A stretch of 64,000 bases of DNA, taken from positions 1-64,000 of the IMG/VR virus record IMGVR_UViG_3300033463_000045; one strand, 5' to 3'. Shown here one piece after another: positions 9,471 through 19,700 of the stretch (its first letter is position 1; each line of letters starts with the position of its first letter). A program made the translations under genes and the position numbers. Source of the stretch: a virus. Its lineage: Duplodnaviria; Caudoviricetes. A model generated the notes under the pieces. It did not search any database. It saw only the letters and a list, made by a program, of their open reading frames with translations, and was not told the origin of the DNA.

Positions 9471-10082
9471 ATGAACAGTGAAGATTATAGTGGTTATATT
9501 GCTACTCAAATAAGAAAAACTCAAGTAGTTACATTATATCAAAGACAAAAACAAATGCAAGATTTTTATAATAATGAAGGAACATCATATATAGGACTTG
9601 CAAGAACAACTCCATGGTCTGATGAAAATGATGCAGATATTTCTGATACATTCCCACCAATTCCAGATGAAACAATGACTCAATTAGATGACTTAGTTGG
9701 AATGCAAAGAATTACATGGAAGAAATATGCTAAACCTTATGTTGCTCCAACATCTGAACAAAAAGATGCTGAAGGAACAGTTTATTATAAAGGTTTATAT
9801 TATGAAACTACTAATGATTTAGAATATGCATTACAAAATGGTTTTACTGCAGTAATGTGTTTAATGACTGCTGATAGAGATGAATATTTCCCAGTAGGAA
9901 TAAGTATTAGACAAGTTGGATTATTTGTAAATGTAAATTCAACTAATAGATATTTAGATAATCAAGAATATGAACAATTATCAACTGATGATAAAGGTCA
10001 TTTAGTAGCAGTAGAAAATTTTATGCCTATATCTAGACAAGAAGACCAATTAGAAAAATATTATTTCTTAATGCAATTTTAG
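9471..10082 (+). CDS. Putative baseplate structural protein
   Basis: YIGLARTTPW...PP and IRQVGLF motifs resemble myovirus baseplate (gp8-like) proteins. Confidence 0.55.
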   Translation: MNSEDYSGYIATQIRKTQVVTLYQRQKQMQDFYNNEGTSYIGLARTTPWSDENDADISDTFPPIPDETMTQLDDLVGMQRITWKKYAKPYVAPTSEQKDAEGTVYYKGLYYETTNDLEYALQNGFTAVMCLMTADRDEYFPVGISIRQVGLFVNVNSTNRYLDNQEYEQLSTDDKGHLVAVENFMPISRQEDQLEKYYFLMQF

Positions 10083-10106
10083 AACCTTAATTGGTTCTTT
10101 TATTTT
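10081..10106 (+). terminator. Intrinsic terminator
   Basis: AGAACC-TTAATT-GGTTCT-TTTATTTT. Confidence 0.7.
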
Positions 10107-10147
10107 GCTTTAATTTTCATAATATATAGAAAGAGAGGTAATTTATA

Positions 10148-10768
10148 ATGAGATTAAAATTATCTGAATCTGGTCAACCTATTAATAGATTAGAACAAAA
10201 TATTTCAAAAAATATTTTACCTAAATTTAATAATTATGGTATTAAATTTAATAAAAATCCTAATCAAATAAATAAATATAAAAATATGTATACGGGTGTA
10301 GGTGAAGGTTTAATTTGTAAATTATATTTAAATACAACAAATCCTATAATAGATGATTGGAATGAAAATAATTCTGATTTATATGTTGCTGATTTATATG
10401 GTGAATTAAAAATGAATGGTAAAATAGAACAATTAGGACCATTATCAAGTAAAGATTCAAGTTCAGTAGATGAAGCAATGAAAGAGATAAATGTATCATC
10501 TAATAAAATGGCTTCTGATGAAGAAATCGAAAATGGCAAGATATATCCACCAAAAAGTAAATCTGGTAGTTTAAAACCTATGACTAAAAAACAATGGATT
10601 AATATGAAGAATGCTCTTGAAAATGAATTAAATGAAATTAAAGCTCAATTACAAAAAGCTGACGAAGAAGATGACGATGAAACTTATTATAATTTATATA
10701 AATATACTTATAAAGATAAGAGAGATTATTTTGATAAAGTATTTATGCCAAATTATCCATTTATTTAA
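10148..10768 (+). CDS. Hypothetical protein with N-terminal L-x-E|S motif (MRLKLSE|S)
   Basis: ORF with SD; promoter-motif variant at 10116-10130. Confidence 0.6.
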   Translation: MRLKLSESGQPINRLEQNISKNILPKFNNYGIKFNKNPNQINKYKNMYTGVGEGLICKLYLNTTNPIIDDWNENNSDLYVADLYGELKMNGKIEQLGPLSSKDSSSVDEAMKEINVSSNKMASDEEIENGKIYPPKSKSGSLKPMTKKQWINMKNALENELNEIKAQLQKADEEDDDETYYNLYKYTYKDKRDYFDKVFMPNYPFI

Positions 10769-10777
10769 GGTGATATT

Positions 10778-11398
10778 ATGATAGATAATGATTTTAAAGA
10801 TTCAATAAGAAATACAGATAATAAAGGATTCTTATTACCTAATGAAATGGCATTAGAATATTTTAGAAAAAACTTTGTTCAAAGTGCAAAATCTCAAGGA
10901 AGAATAGGAAAGTTTTATCAAGTTAAATCATTTAAAGCTAGTGGTACAGATAAATATTTTGAATATAAGGACCCTGTAGATGTAGCATATCATTTAGATA
11001 CAACACCATCAAGAAAGTTATTAACAAGATATGGTTGGTTTGTTGAAGGTGCAGATTCAGTTCCAATAGTATTATATTTAACATATTATGATATGAATAA
11101 TAATATGATTAGTATAGATGAAGGAGCTAAAATAGAATTATCAGGTAAAAGAACAATAATTGAAAATGATTTTCAAATTGAACAATTTCAAATAACCGAT
11201 TTACATACTGATTTAGAATTAAATCAATGTGTATGTAAAGTAGTTCCAGTAAGAGAAGAACAAAAAGAAAATGTTAAAGTTCTTGCAGATAAGAAAGACC
11301 CTATATTAGAAAATGTATATTTAGATAGAAAAATATATTACACTGAAGATACAGGAGATGATACAGATGAAGACAACAAATTTATTAAAAGAAATTAA
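10778..11398 (+). CDS. Putative neck/head-closure protein (T4 gp14-like)
   Basis: KLLTRYGWF motif and beta-rich C-terminus (FQITD) resemble neck proteins. Weak evidence. Confidence 0.45.
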   Translation: MIDNDFKDSIRNTDNKGFLLPNEMALEYFRKNFVQSAKSQGRIGKFYQVKSFKASGTDKYFEYKDPVDVAYHLDTTPSRKLLTRYGWFVEGADSVPIVLYLTYYDMNNNMISIDEGAKIELSGKRTIIENDFQIEQFQITDLHTDLELNQCVCKVVPVREEQKENVKVLADKKDPILENVYLDRKIYYTEDTGDDTDEDNKFIKRN

Positions 11399-12479
11399 TA
11401 ATAATTATAAATCTTTTGTATTTTTAGATGAATCAGAATTTTTTAAAGAAGCAAATCTATTAGATTTATATAGTAAAGCTAAAAGAGAAGATTCATTAGC
11501 TGGTATAAATAAAACTACAGGTAAAGGTAGAATCGATAGAGGAAGAGATTTAAAAAGTAAAGTTAGGTATTTTGGTTTATCAAATGATGGTACATTAAAT
11601 TTTAAAGTTGCATCAGGAACTAGAGCAGGTAAGTTCCATTATGTATTTTTAGAAACATTAATAACTGATTTTGATAAATATTATGAAGAAACTGTTATTG
11701 AAAATAGACAACATTTACAAGCAAAAGATTTAAATTTATTAATTACTAATTCAAATAATTTTAGAATAGGCTGCACTTGTGAAGATTTCTTATATTTTGC
11801 TTTTCAATATATGGCAACTCAAGGAGATTATGAAGCAAAAGATTTTGTTGAAACGAGAGCTCCAGAAAGAAATAATACAGGATTACATGGCGCTTTTTGT
11901 AAACATATAGTTGCAGTAATAGAAAATATTAGTACTAATACTAATATGAGAAATCAAATTGCTAAAGATATAGAAAACTTTATTTTATATTCTAATGATA
12001 TGGATTATGAAGAATTTCAAACACAAAATGCAGCTAATATGATTAAGCAAAGAAAACATAGTTCTAAATTTAAAAAGAAACCTAGTGATTATTGTAATGA
12101 ATATTTTGCTAGACTTGCTAAAACACATCCATTCTTAGATGATAAAGATATTAAACGTAGTTTAAAGATGGCAATGAATACTTATATTCATAATAATGAA
12201 GATGCTACTATAAATGGTTTCTTAAAAGATTTCTTTAAGATGACTATTGATGGTTTTGCAGATGAAATGAAATTACCTATTAGTGATGTTGAAGATTACT
12301 TTAATGAATTAGGATTTACTTCTAAAAGAGAAAAACAACAACAAAAAGTTAATAATATAATTAGTAATAATGCCGCTAATATAGATAATGAAATAGAAGA
12401 TATTGAAGATATAGAAACAGGACCTATTGAAGATAATAAAGCAAATATATTAAATAATAATAGAGGAGGAAATAGATAA
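11358..12479 (+). CDS. SWIM zinc-finger protein
   Basis: CTCEDF...FCKH SWIM signature. The N-terminus has LKE/LDE|S/FKE|A motifs. Confidence 0.7.
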   Translation: MIQMKTTNLLKEINNNYKSFVFLDESEFFKEANLLDLYSKAKREDSLAGINKTTGKGRIDRGRDLKSKVRYFGLSNDGTLNFKVASGTRAGKFHYVFLETLITDFDKYYEETVIENRQHLQAKDLNLLITNSNNFRIGCTCEDFLYFAFQYMATQGDYEAKDFVETRAPERNNTGLHGAFCKHIVAVIENISTNTNMRNQIAKDIENFILYSNDMDYEEFQTQNAANMIKQRKHSSKFKKKPSDYCNEYFARLAKTHPFLDDKDIKRSLKMAMNTYIHNNEDATINGFLKDFFKMTIDGFADEMKLPISDVEDYFNELGFTSKREKQQQKVNNIISNNAANIDNEIEDIEDIETGPIEDNKANILNNNRGGNR

Positions 12480-15418
12480 TGAACTTATATAGCAATATTA
12501 AGAAGAAGTTAAACGAATCTGATGACTATGAAGCCAATAGAAATGATATAATTAAGCAAGCAGCAGAATATTTATTTAATGATGTTAATGGTGATTGGGA
12601 TGAATCATTACCTGATTATGAAAAATTTACTGATTATTATATGGATTTAAATAAAAGAGATTATAATAAAGCAGTTAAATTAGCAGAGCAAGCATTAGGT
12701 AATTATGCTGAACATCATTATTATGATAGAGATTTTAATAATATCAATAAAAGTGGCGGGTTATTAGAATTAAATGATAATCATACTATGTGGGAATTAA
12801 ATAATCCAACATTAGATAATTCTGATTCAGCTTGGTATTTATATGACGATATAGTAACTCGTAAAATTAATGATTTTAAAGAAGAAACAGGAGAAGAACT
12901 ATATGGATGTGGTAGAAGTGGTAGACATATCTGTGTAGAACCAACTTTTGAAAACTGTTTAAATTTTTATAAATTACAAGAAGTTCAAGAAAGATTAGAA
13001 CAAGAAGCAATAGATGAATTTAATAATTATAGACCAGAAGAATTTAATGAATCTTCAATGTTAAAAGAAGAAGTTTGGAATGATTTTGGAGATAAAGAAT
13101 ATAAAGGAATTAAAATATCAATTGAAAAAAGTGATAAAGGAAAGACATGTTATATTCCATTACAAAACGATAAATTTAAAGTCGAACCACAAACGCAATT
13201 CTTTAATTGGAAAGATACTAAAAAATATATAGATAAAAAGTTAAATGAATCTGAAAAATTAAAAGAATCAGATACATCTGATATTACAAATAAAATAAAA
13301 AATGATGTTGGAGAAATAATAAGAAAACATTGGTCTACTATTTATAGTGATGAATGGTTCGATAAAAACGATTTAATAATTTCATTACCTGGAGATTATG
13401 ATAAACAAGAAGTTGTTATAGATTTTAAAAATAGAAAAGAACCATATTATCTTGTTAATTCTAATGAATTAAAAGAACTAAAAGAAGATTTAAAAGCTCT
13501 TGGATTAAAAGGATTACATATAAAAACTAAAATAATTAAACCTAGTTGGGAAGATAGAAAATACACAGAATTATTAAGCATAAGTTATATTTATGATGAT
13601 GAACCAAGAAAAGAAATTCATGAAGCAGAAAATAAAGATAATAAAATATATTATTTTATGGTAGGTATTTGTTTAGATAAAAATAGACCAAATGCTATTA
13701 AAGAAGATTTTGCTGATTGGCCTTGGACAAAAATACCTTATAAATTATTAGATGAAAACTGGGGTGTAGATAAAACAAAAGAAGAAGCAGTCAATTGGGT
13801 TAAAAATTATATTGCTGATGGCGTTCCTGGAACTTTTGGTATTGTTACTGAAGCAACAGAACCTTATGAAGGATTTAAAGAAGAAATTCATAATGGTAAT
13901 CATAATGACATGGATTGGTCAGATATTCAAAAAGGAAAATTAATTTATTCAGCTTATAAAGAAGATAAAAATCCAGAATCTATAAAAGTTATTGTTGATG
14001 AATCTCAAAAATTAGATGAATCTGAAGAAAAAGTAGTAACTAATTTAGATACTAATAATATGGTAGATGAATTAAGAAAACATTTTAAAAATATAACTAA
14101 TAAAAATTATATAAAAAATTCATTAAAAATGCATTTAAATAAAGGTTTTATAACTAAAGAAGAATATAATAAATTAAAAGAAGAATATAAATTAAATGAA
14201 TCTGAAAGTAATTATCAAAATGGAGAATTTATAGAACCAAAATGGTTTAAAGATAAAACATTATATAATGAATTTAAGAAATTTGTAGATTCACAATTAA
14301 GTGATGGTGCAATAGATGACCCTGATTATGTTAATACATTATCTCCAGAAGAATATGAAAGTTTATTAGTAAATACTTGGATGAAAGACCAAGAAGAAAT
14401 AGATATGTTTGAAGAACATATTAAAAGTGGTTATTATGGAGAAAAAGCAAAATCTTTAGTAGAATCTGATACAGAATCAGATATTATAGATGATGTTAAA
14501 ATGCCAAATGACCCTAATTTAGCTATTGGTGATAAGATTTGGGTTATAACTTATAATAACAAAAAACCAAAACTCCACATAGCAGAAGTTGTTAGTATGG
14601 CTGAAAATGGAAGATTTATTGGTTATCATTATTATTATGGTTGGAGTTCTTTATGTACAACTAATCATGGTTTTATGGCAGACCTATATAAAGCAGTAGA
14701 TAATAGAGATTTATCTAAAGATTATTTACATGAATCTGAAACAGAAGATTATTGGGATGCTACTGAATTAGATAGAGTAGGATTTATGGCTTTATTAAAA
14801 TTTAATAATCCAGAAGAACATTTAAATCCATCAATGCAATATATAATTACTAATGATAATAATGAAGTTTATAGATTTGCAATGCAAGGTGAAAATGAAA
14901 AGAATAAAGATATAGGAGCTAAAATAGAATTTAGAAAATATATTAATAAAGAAGAATCTGAAAAATTAAAAGAAGCAGTTGAATTATCTTATGATGATTA
15001 TTATGATTTTGGAAATGAAGATAATGAAGATGAATTATTCTGTGCTCAATGTGGTAATCCAGTAAAACCAGATTTCTGTTATGTTGTTGATGAATCAGAC
15101 CCACATTCAGAAGTTTATTGCTGGAGATGTTATGAAGATTTAAATGAATCTCAAAAATTAAATGAGTCAATTAGTTATGCTTCAGAAAAAGAAATTAAAG
15201 ATATGACAGATGAAGAATTAGAAGATTATTTAAAATACTTAAAAGATGAAATGATTTATCACACAACAAAGAAAAAAGCAGAAATTGAAAAAGAAATTGA
15301 AAAAATCACAAAAATATTATATGATAGAGACTATTATATTGATTATAGTAATCCGGATGTTAATACAATAAAATTTGATAAAGACGGTAATGAAATAACT
15401 ACAAAAGAAGACAAATAA
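12479..15418 (+). CDS. Putative virion-internal polyprotein: leader plus about 10 modules separated by LxE|S linkers
   Basis: Leader MNLYSNIKKKLNES. Internal FNESSMLKEE, LNESEKLKES, IHEA, VDESQKLDES, LNES, LVES, LHES, EESEKLKEA, LNESQKLNES. Confidence 0.7.
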   Translation: MNLYSNIKKKLNESDDYEANRNDIIKQAAEYLFNDVNGDWDESLPDYEKFTDYYMDLNKRDYNKAVKLAEQALGNYAEHHYYDRDFNNINKSGGLLELNDNHTMWELNNPTLDNSDSAWYLYDDIVTRKINDFKEETGEELYGCGRSGRHICVEPTFENCLNFYKLQEVQERLEQEAIDEFNNYRPEEFNESSMLKEEVWNDFGDKEYKGIKISIEKSDKGKTCYIPLQNDKFKVEPQTQFFNWKDTKKYIDKKLNESEKLKESDTSDITNKIKNDVGEIIRKHWSTIYSDEWFDKNDLIISLPGDYDKQEVVIDFKNRKEPYYLVNSNELKELKEDLKALGLKGLHIKTKIIKPSWEDRKYTELLSISYIYDDEPRKEIHEAENKDNKIYYFMVGICLDKNRPNAIKEDFADWPWTKIPYKLLDENWGVDKTKEEAVNWVKNYIADGVPGTFGIVTEATEPYEGFKEEIHNGNHNDMDWSDIQKGKLIYSAYKEDKNPESIKVIVDESQKLDESEEKVVTNLDTNNMVDELRKHFKNITNKNYIKNSLKMHLNKGFITKEEYNKLKEEYKLNESESNYQNGEFIEPKWFKDKTLYNEFKKFVDSQLSDGAIDDPDYVNTLSPEEYESLLVNTWMKDQEEIDMFEEHIKSGYYGEKAKSLVESDTESDIIDDVKMPNDPNLAIGDKIWVITYNNKKPKLHIAEVVSMAENGRFIGYHYYYGWSSLCTTNHGFMADLYKAVDNRDLSKDYLHESETEDYWDATELDRVGFMALLKFNNPEEHLNPSMQYIITNDNNEVYRFAMQGENEKNKDIGAKIEFRKYINKEESEKLKEAVELSYDDYYDFGNEDNEDELFCAQCGNPVKPDFCYVVDESDPHSEVYCWRCYEDLNESQKLNESISYASEKEIKDMTDEELEDYLKYLKDEMIYHTTKKKAEIEKEIEKITKILYDRDYYIDYSNPDVNTIKFDKDGNEITTKEDK

Positions 15419-15480
15419 GAAACATTCTAAATAAAGATAATAAAATATATTAGAAATATAAAAAGTGTCTCAGATGACTT

Positions 15481-15512
15481 AAAAATAGCTAATAATTAAA
15501 TTAGCTATTTTT
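15481..15512 (+). terminator. Intrinsic terminator
   Basis: AAAAATAGCTAAT-AATTAA-ATTAGCTATTTTT. Confidence 0.75.
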
Positions 15513-15659
15513 ATTATTATTTAATAGTTTTTTTCATTATAATTAGAAGCTAAATTATACAGTAAAAATACCAATTTCTACAAATAATATTCCAAAAGTT
15601 AGTCTATTTTTATTGTATATAGATTAACTTCAGATATTTAGATGTAGAAGGAGATATTT

Positions 15660-16496
15660 ATGGAAAATAATTTAGAACAAACTTTAAACAAAGATGATAT
15701 TTTAGAATCTTTAGAAAATTCTAGAAAACAAGCGAAAGCTGATGAAATTAAGGCAAATGAAAGTACAACTACTGTAAAATTGCCTAGTAATGGATTAATT
15801 AATCCAAATATTACAGAAGTTACATTAAAAAGAATGTCAACAAAACAAGCAAAAGCATTATATACTACAAGTGATTCTAATTATTTAACTACTTTATTAA
15901 TGAGTTGCATTGTAGAACCTGTTAATATTAAAACAACAGATTTGCACTCAAATGATATTATCTATTTATTATTTATTTTAAGATATATATCAAGTCCTAA
16001 ACAATTAGAACAAAGAGTTATATGCGATAATCCTGTTTGTAGACATGATTATATCGAAAAGATTGATATTCAAAAATTAAATGTTACTTATGCTACTCCA
16101 GAAGAATATAAAATGACTTGTAAATTACCTGATTCTGGAGATATAATTGAATTTAAAATTCTTTCTGAAGGTGAATTAATTAATTGTGAAAATATTGCTA
16201 ATAGAAAAATTAAACAAGATGGTGTAAAACCTTCTGATGAAGAATGGACTAGAGCAATTTCTAAAATAGCATATATGATTAAAACAGTAAATGATAAGGA
16301 ATTTGATACATTTAAAGAGAAATTAGATTATATAGAAAATTTATCTTATTATGATTTTGAAACATTTAATAAACAATATAATGATATTATTACTTCATTT
16401 GGAGTAGATAGAAAGATAATTAGTACTTGTCCAGAATGTAATAATACTAATGAGGTAATGGTGTATATATCACCAGATTTCTTTCGTCTTATATAA
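15660..16496 (+). CDS. Baseplate hub / tail-assembly chaperone (T4 gp26-like)
   Basis: VKLPSNG, D..YLL..LR, CxxxxC, LPDSG..I.F, CPEC, C-terminal DFF. Lies just upstream of the tape measure. Confidence 0.75.
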   Translation: MENNLEQTLNKDDILESLENSRKQAKADEIKANESTTTVKLPSNGLINPNITEVTLKRMSTKQAKALYTTSDSNYLTTLLMSCIVEPVNIKTTDLHSNDIIYLLFILRYISSPKQLEQRVICDNPVCRHDYIEKIDIQKLNVTYATPEEYKMTCKLPDSGDIIEFKILSEGELINCENIANRKIKQDGVKPSDEEWTRAISKIAYMIKTVNDKEFDTFKEKLDYIENLSYYDFETFNKQYNDIITSFGVDRKIISTCPECNNTNEVMVYISPDFFRLI

Positions 16497-16500
16497 TACA

Positions 16501-16731
16501 TTGCATAATATTTATATTGATGAAGAAACAAAAAGATATTGTTTAAGATATTCAAGAAATAGTTATAAAGAAATTATAAATGCACAAATATTTTTAGCAG
16601 ATAATAAAATATCATTTACTTATACAGATTCAATTTCAATTAGTGAATTATTATATTTATTAGAATCTCTAAAAGATTACATAAAAGAGAAAAATAAAGA
16701 TATTACACAAGGTCTAGAAGAATTACAATAA
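16501..16731 (+). CDS. Small tail-chaperone-like ORF (gp51-like), possibly reached by frameshift
   Basis: TTG start with no SD; its frame is open from 16459; it lies between the chaperone and tape measure genes. Confidence 0.5.
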   Translation: MHNIYIDEETKRYCLRYSRNSYKEIINAQIFLADNKISFTYTDSISISELLYLLESLKDYIKEKNKDITQGLEELQ

Positions 16732-16744
16732 GGAAGTGATTTAA

Positions 16745-19700
16745 ATGGCAATTTTAAATAATGATGATATTAAAATTGATAATACTCCTAATCATGATGG
16801 TAGAAGAAGTCTTTCAAAACAAGTTTCAGATATTACTGATGCTAGAAAAGAAATTTTAAAGCAAAATTCTATATTAAATGATAGAGTTAGAGATTTCAAT
16901 GATAATAAAAAATCTTTAGATGCATCAATGCAAACTTTTAATAATCAATTAGATACACTAACTAAAAGTTTAGACAAGATGGATAAAGATAGTGCAAAAG
17001 CAATAAGAGCATTATTATCTAGTATTGGTTTAACTGAAAAAAGTATGGACAAGATGTCTCAAACATATAAAGAGAATAGTGAAGCTCTTAAAAAGATGTC
17101 TAATGACCATACAGCTACTGGAAAACAATTATTAGAAACTTTAGATTCATTAGATGAAGTTACTAATAATATAGGCGATATTAGTGAAATACTTGAAGAA
17201 ATAATAAACAATAATTATAAATTAAATAAACAGCAAAAAGAAACCATTAAAGAATCTGCGGCTATATATAAAGCATATCAACAAGAATTAAAAGATGCAC
17301 AAGAAGCAAAAAGAAATACTTATATAGATAAAGAAAAAGTAGCAAATGAAAATCTATCAACTGCTGTTAAAGAAGAAATAGGAAAACTTGGTGATAATTT
17401 ACACCAAATGATTGATACATTAAATGTATATAAACTTGCTGACAAAGTTGCTGTTTCTGCTAAACAACAATTACAAGGTGAATTACAAACAAATTATAAT
17501 TTATCTGGTAATGAATTTGAATCATTTAAAAGAGGTCTATATAAACAAATAGATACTTCAATATATACTAATAAAGAAGTATTTGATGCAATGCAAACAT
17601 TAAATACTACTGCATTAGGAAATACTCAAACAGCTACTAAATATTTTAATGATATTATAAGAGGACAAAAAGTCCTTGGAATGACTAGTGAAACTCAACA
17701 ACAATTATTAAAATTAGGAAATATAACAGGAAGAAATGAATTAGCATTTTATCAAGGTACTGTTGCTAAATTCTTAAATTCTAATTTAGGTTTAAATAAA
17801 CAACAATTAAATGAATTAGTACAAATGAATGCTACATTAGCAATGCAAGCAGCAGATTTAGGAATTGCTTCAGAAGCATTTGAAAGAGCAAATTTGGAAT
17901 CTCAAGCGGCATTAGAAAGAACAGAAAAGGGAGCAGGTTCTAGATTAGTTAATGCGGAATCATTCTTATTGGCAAATACTAGTGCCACTGCAAGTTTACT
18001 TGGTATGGATTCAGGTGAATTATCTAGAAGATTAAATAATGGAGAACATATTACAGATATATTAAGAAACTCAAATGGCGCTGCAAAAGAAGTAATGAAT
18101 GCATTTAGAACTGGTGATACTGAATATATTACTAGAATGAGAGAACATGCTTCATCTGCATGGGGTGCTGATAATGATGCAATATGGTCTACATTAAGAA
18201 TATTAGCAACTCAAGAAGAAGAGTTTAATCAAAATTATTTAACAGCTACTCAATCTCAAACGCAAGATTTAGAAAATGCATTAAACGCAGTAACAGAAAA
18301 AGAAACTGAATCATTAACCTGGTTTCAAAAAGCACTTAATAAAGCAACTAATTTCTTTGATGGAGCAATTCCATGGGCATTTGGAGCACAATTAACTTCT
18401 ATTATAGTTGGAATATCTACTATAATATCACTAATGAAAATAAATAATAATTTATTAGAAATAGGAAGAGGTTTAAGTGGCGGAAAAGGAGCAAAACTAT
18501 TATCTACTAAAGGACTTGCTAGTAAAATAGGAGGTCTTACTATTGGTAATGCTACTGGCAGTGCAGCTTTAGGCGGAGCTTTAGGAGTTATTGGTGGAAC
18601 TGTTATGGGAATTTCTGATGCAATATCAATGCAAGGTTCTACTGGATATGGCGTTTTAGCAGATGTTGGAAGAGGCTTATTCTTTGGAACAGGTTCTAAA
18701 GAACAAACAAATGACCAAAAATTAAAATCAATTGGTAGTAATACACTTAAATATGCCGCATTTGGCGCTGGCATAGGAACATTCTTTGGACCGGGTGTTG
18801 GTACCGCTATTGGTGGTGGAATTGGTGCATTAGTTGGTTTAACAACAGGTTTAATTGGTATAAATAAAGAAAATAAAAAATTACAAGAAGAACAAAATAA
18901 TAAGTTAGCTGAAGTAGAAAAAAATACAGCAACAACAGCAAATAATACTGCAAGAGATAATGTAGGAATAGTTTATAGATATAGAGGAACAGATAATTAT
19001 TCAAGTGCTTCTGGTAGTGGAGCAATAGGTTCTATTGGAGGAAGTTATCATGGATATGTTTCTAAAGGTCCTATTGGAGCTATGACAGATGCTGGAAAAC
19101 CTATTACATCATATTGGGGACAAAAAAGAACTTATAAAGCAGAAGATGGCAAATGGTATACAGATATTCATAATGGAGCAGATTTTGGTGTTCCTGAAGG
19201 AACAAAATTATATAGTAATGCTGATGGTTATGTATCTATGAATTTTACAGAAAAATCGGGTGCTAATATTGTAGGTATTACAGATAAAGCAGGATATACT
19301 CATTTATATGCTCATATGCAATCAAGGTCTCCATTAAAAATTGGAACTGAAGTACATAAAGGAGATTTTGTTGGTTATTCAGGTAAAACTGGTAGAGTAA
19401 CAGGAGCGCATTTACATTATACAGTATTAAAACCTGGACAAGAAGCAAGAAATAATTATTGGGTATTAGGTAATACTATAGACCCTGCTCCATTCGTATC
19501 GTCTAGTATATTTAATGGAGATGCTTCAACAGTTATTTCTTCAGCAAATAAAGCATCAACAAATTCTAATGTATCTGATATATTAGGAAGAAATTCTGCT
19601 ATTCTAAGTTTAGAAAGTCTTGGAAGTATTTCTGGTCCAGTAGTTAATAGTATTACAGATTTAAAACAAACAATTATAGATTTAAGTGCTAAAACAGATA

